Shown here one piece after another: positions 60,704-64,000 of a stretch of DNA of 64,000 nucleotides (positions are counted from its first letter, which is position 1; each line of letters begins with the position of its first letter). Below the pieces are notes generated by a model. It made no database searches. It was not told where the DNA came from and saw only the letters and a program-made list of their open reading frames with translations. The stretch is taken from assembly GCA_040954595.2 (NCBI GenBank), contig CM082593.2:4791434-4855433 (forward strand), read 5' to 3'. This DNA is from Balanoglossus misakiensis. Taxonomy: Eukaryota; Animalia; Hemichordata. Made by a program: the position numbers and the translations under genes.

Positions 60704-63548
60704 TAAATATAACACATCATACCCAGATAATCTTACTCTAACCACATATAATCCCATATTGATATCTTATCAGAAATTTCATCCAAATAAATTGCACAGA
60801 CTAGCACTTTTCCCCCTCCAAACAAATGCATATTACAATTATACGAGAGACATGTGCTTTTATGTGTTAGTTTAAAAATTGAACTATTTACATGGATTAT
60901 TGATTTCTTATCTGTAGAAGATACAGATTATATTCTGTGGTTAGGTCCTCACACCATATCAACATGTGTACTTCATTATTATATTATCTTTTCCACTTAA
61001 TAGAATCAGGAAACTGCATTCTCCATTAATATTGTACAGATATACATTTAGGGGCATTTCACCTCTAATGGTAGCAAGTACACCACAAACGCAAATACAC
61101 CAGACCCGCAACAGAGACTTTCTGAAGTTTCTCTGAAGGTCTTGAAGTATTTCTGTCTACATTGAATGGTGACCGCAGAATGACATTTCAGCTCATTTGT
61201 TGGTTTCTGGATCTAAACACGGATATTTGCGGACTGTGATAACCAGGAACGGGAACAAAGGTTAACAATCCACGCACCAGAAATACTACGGAATATTTAC
61301 GGAATTATCGTACGGAGCTGGGATAAAAGAGGAGCTGGATACAAGGGTTATCATGTCACACCGGGAAAGAGGGTGACAAAATTGTCTCTCTTCTATATCT
61401 GGCATTAGTGAGGAAATAAATCAAATCTAGAGACAGTGTCTGGTCGTAAATCTTGATTACTGCTACCAACATCTACGTAAATCTCGTAAAAATTGGCCCG
61501 AAAGACACAAATGTCTACCATCAATCTACGCAGGAAGAAAACACAGTTTAGCTCTGTTTTGACAAATCTGTTCAATGGCAACAAAGGTACCAAAATAGCA
61601 GACATGTGCTTTACTGAAAATGAAAAACAAGTACAATGTATTCTACTTTCTGCAAATTCAGCCGGCGTAATATTTATAGCATATTTCAAGACCGAAAAAT
61701 GGCACTTGGGAAACCAAACTATTCGCAGAACTTGGATATCCTCATCAAAATCCTGGCGACAGTCTAGCCAGCTTCCTTCAGAGAACGCTTCCACGAAGTC
61801 AATTTTTTCCAGTTCCCCAATTTCACCCACATCAAACCCGACACGCAATTCTCAAATTTTCCTAGAGTAAGCCCTCGGGTACAGAGAACAGAGGGAAACG
61901 TGATAGATCCCACAACGTCTGTGTAAATACACCGCTCAAATTTTCAGAACAATCAGTCTTTTTTTCTAACAGAAATCTGTTTGATGTCCGCGTGTGTTTG
62001 AGGATTGAAAATATACAGGGTTTCATTCTCTGGGGCATTTCTCAACTTTCCGGCATCCCGTCCTAATTCGTGTTTCCTTGAACTGGGTTTTGCAAATCAA
62101 ATATCACCCTCGATTGAATTCGGCCGCCCTGGATGACAATTACACACCCTCAGGAGTAAAAGCTCATAATTATTCTCAAATTCACCACCAAATTATCGTT
62201 TTGGCAATCTCCAGTACCCAATCAAAATTACTATCACCTACATGTATCTATAAACATCAATGAAAAATACCCCCAGATTAATAATTTACGAAGTATTATT
62301 TTACAGAAGCTAAAGGGACCGAAGTCTGACTGGCCCGAGGCTGATGTTTCTAGCTGAAAATGTAGGCGTTCATAATTGTGTCAGAATTCACCATCTACCT
62401 GGTACCTCTTCAGGCGTGTGATACACTGATTGTGAATGGTGATAATTTTTACAGTGAGTTCAGTTGTTTTTCACAGATGGGAAAATCATGTGCACCAGCT
62501 CAATATATGATTTTCCGCTCATTGCGAGATCTCGCGAGATTCGGTTATTACCACAGCAACGGTATGCTAGCCAATGTGGGTATCCCATAATGCATTTCAC
62601 CAGTGGAACTTATATCAAATCTGAAGGCAGGGTAAATTGCATTAACTTCTTTTGTCTCCCTGTAATCCAATTTTCCAATCACCCTATCTAAATTACAAGA
62701 AGATTATGAAAGCATCATAATTCCGTACTGCCTGAAAGTCTTGGCAAAACAAATCTCTGCGAGTCTAAAATTTCTTACCATTAAAGCATTGTCCCATCTA
62801 ACGAAAAACAAATAGCTATACATATTTGTCAGGCTACCTTTTAAAATTTTATTAGTCAAAGAATCCTTTGAGCACCACATGTCTTCGATAAAGCCCACAG
62901 TCAACGCGGTCCCTAACCTCAAAGGCTTGTAAAACAATCACAAAAACTCGGCGTACATAAATTTAATGGTGTTCTCTTTCCAAAAGACTTGCTACTTCCA
63001 CTTTTGCTGCTAGGTTACCAGGGGAAGGACCACAAGAACAGTTTGATTGTTTGGTGGACGCTGAAAACAACTTTCGTTATTTACAATGGAACCTCGACAG
63101 AAAAAAAATGCAGAGAGAAGACAGATGCTCTGTTATTTCTCACGGCCCTTCAATCATGCCATTAACTGTAGATGGTTTATACATGTACCATCACTATTGA
63201 CTGTTTCACTTTAAAAGTGAATGGAAGACACCAGTATTAGTCGAATCTAGCAAAACTGCTGACGGCATGTTTTTAGCAGCATAACCTTAGCACATTTTAG
63301 CACCTCTTTCATACAAACTCAGCTCAATGCCAACACAAACAGGTACGTGACATGCTAGTGTTAAAACAATACCGTTTGTACTATGGAAATGTTGGTAGAG
63401 AATCATGAGAGTGCTAAGGAAATGCTGGCAGTGTACGTTGCTAGCATAGTGCTGGCATATTATGCTAGATTCTACCATAACCGTGAATGTTCTGATTTTA
63501 AAGGTCCAGAAACCTTCATTCTTAAAGGGACAAAGTCTCTCTCCAGCT

Positions 63549-63849
63549 GCCCCTTTTCCATTAATTATGTTTGATACAAGACACCATTTATTTTAATGTA
63601 AATGTGGATATATAGTGAATCAATGATCAACCACACAAAACTTGCATCCCACTTGTATGATATGAGAGTAAAAACTCGCCCAAAATGAATAAATGGTAAA
63701 GAACGATTCTTCATTTTGGCGAGTTTTTTCACTCTCCTGTCTATAAGAGGGATGGTAGTTGTGTGTGGTTGAACGTACATTCACTATTTATCCACATGTA
63801 GAATAAAAAACGGTGTCTTGTATCAAATAAAATTAATGGAAAAAGGGGC
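63549..63849. mobile_element. MITE-like element with ~70-bp imperfect terminal inverted repeats
   Basis: gccccttttccattaatt..tttgatacaagacacc..atgtggata..tagtgaat pairs with attcacta..tatccacat..ggtgtcttgtatcaaa..aattaatggaaaaaggggc. Confidence 0.6.
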
Positions 63850-64000
63850 TGCGAGAGACAGACTTTGTCCCTTTAATACTGTCGGATGCTGAACTCCAGA
63901 CAGGAATTTTACTTTGAAAACCAAACAATATTTATTTTAAATATATTGGCCTGGTCAATTAATTTAACACTGAACATCAGCATGCTTTAGGGAGTAGAAG

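Noticed and set aside
60704-64000. Short ORFs at 61405-61870 and the expected exons for ANK repeats 1-2
   Set aside because: No recognisable domain or ankyrin motif was found. This appears to be intron, with the upstream exons outside the window.

Overview
Eukaryotic (invertebrate bilaterian) genomic DNA with AT-rich introns. The whole 64 kb lies inside one minus-strand giant ankyrin gene (ANK1/2/3, Ank2, unc-44 family) that runs off both window ends. I rebuilt about 65 exons by hand from GT-AG boundaries and reading phase. In order they encode ANK repeats 3-24 (60330->48475), the linker, ZU5-ZU5-UPA (43375->37804), a microexon cluster, the death domain (29924->29382), a long run of small phase-0 acidic cassette exons, a 10,368-nt giant exon of about 105 tandem 27-aa repeats (21513->11146), a second 2,274-nt acidic exon, and further 3' exons. 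If all are joined, the window codes roughly 6,900 aa. The most unusual feature is a 1,859-nt exon that inserts nine ~58-aa Asp-Gly-turn repeats between the ANK repeats and ZU5. I do not recognise this repeat, and the exon cannot be skipped without a frameshift. Other points of interest: a duplicated half-ZU5 exon resembling the alternative exon of vertebrate ANK2; the giant exon lying after, not before, the death domain; LIR-motif cassette exons; and a candidate 5-nt frame-restoring microexon. Two MITE-like inverted repeats sit in the 5' intron. Homology statements are from recall, not database searches, and small exons need RNA-seq confirmation.
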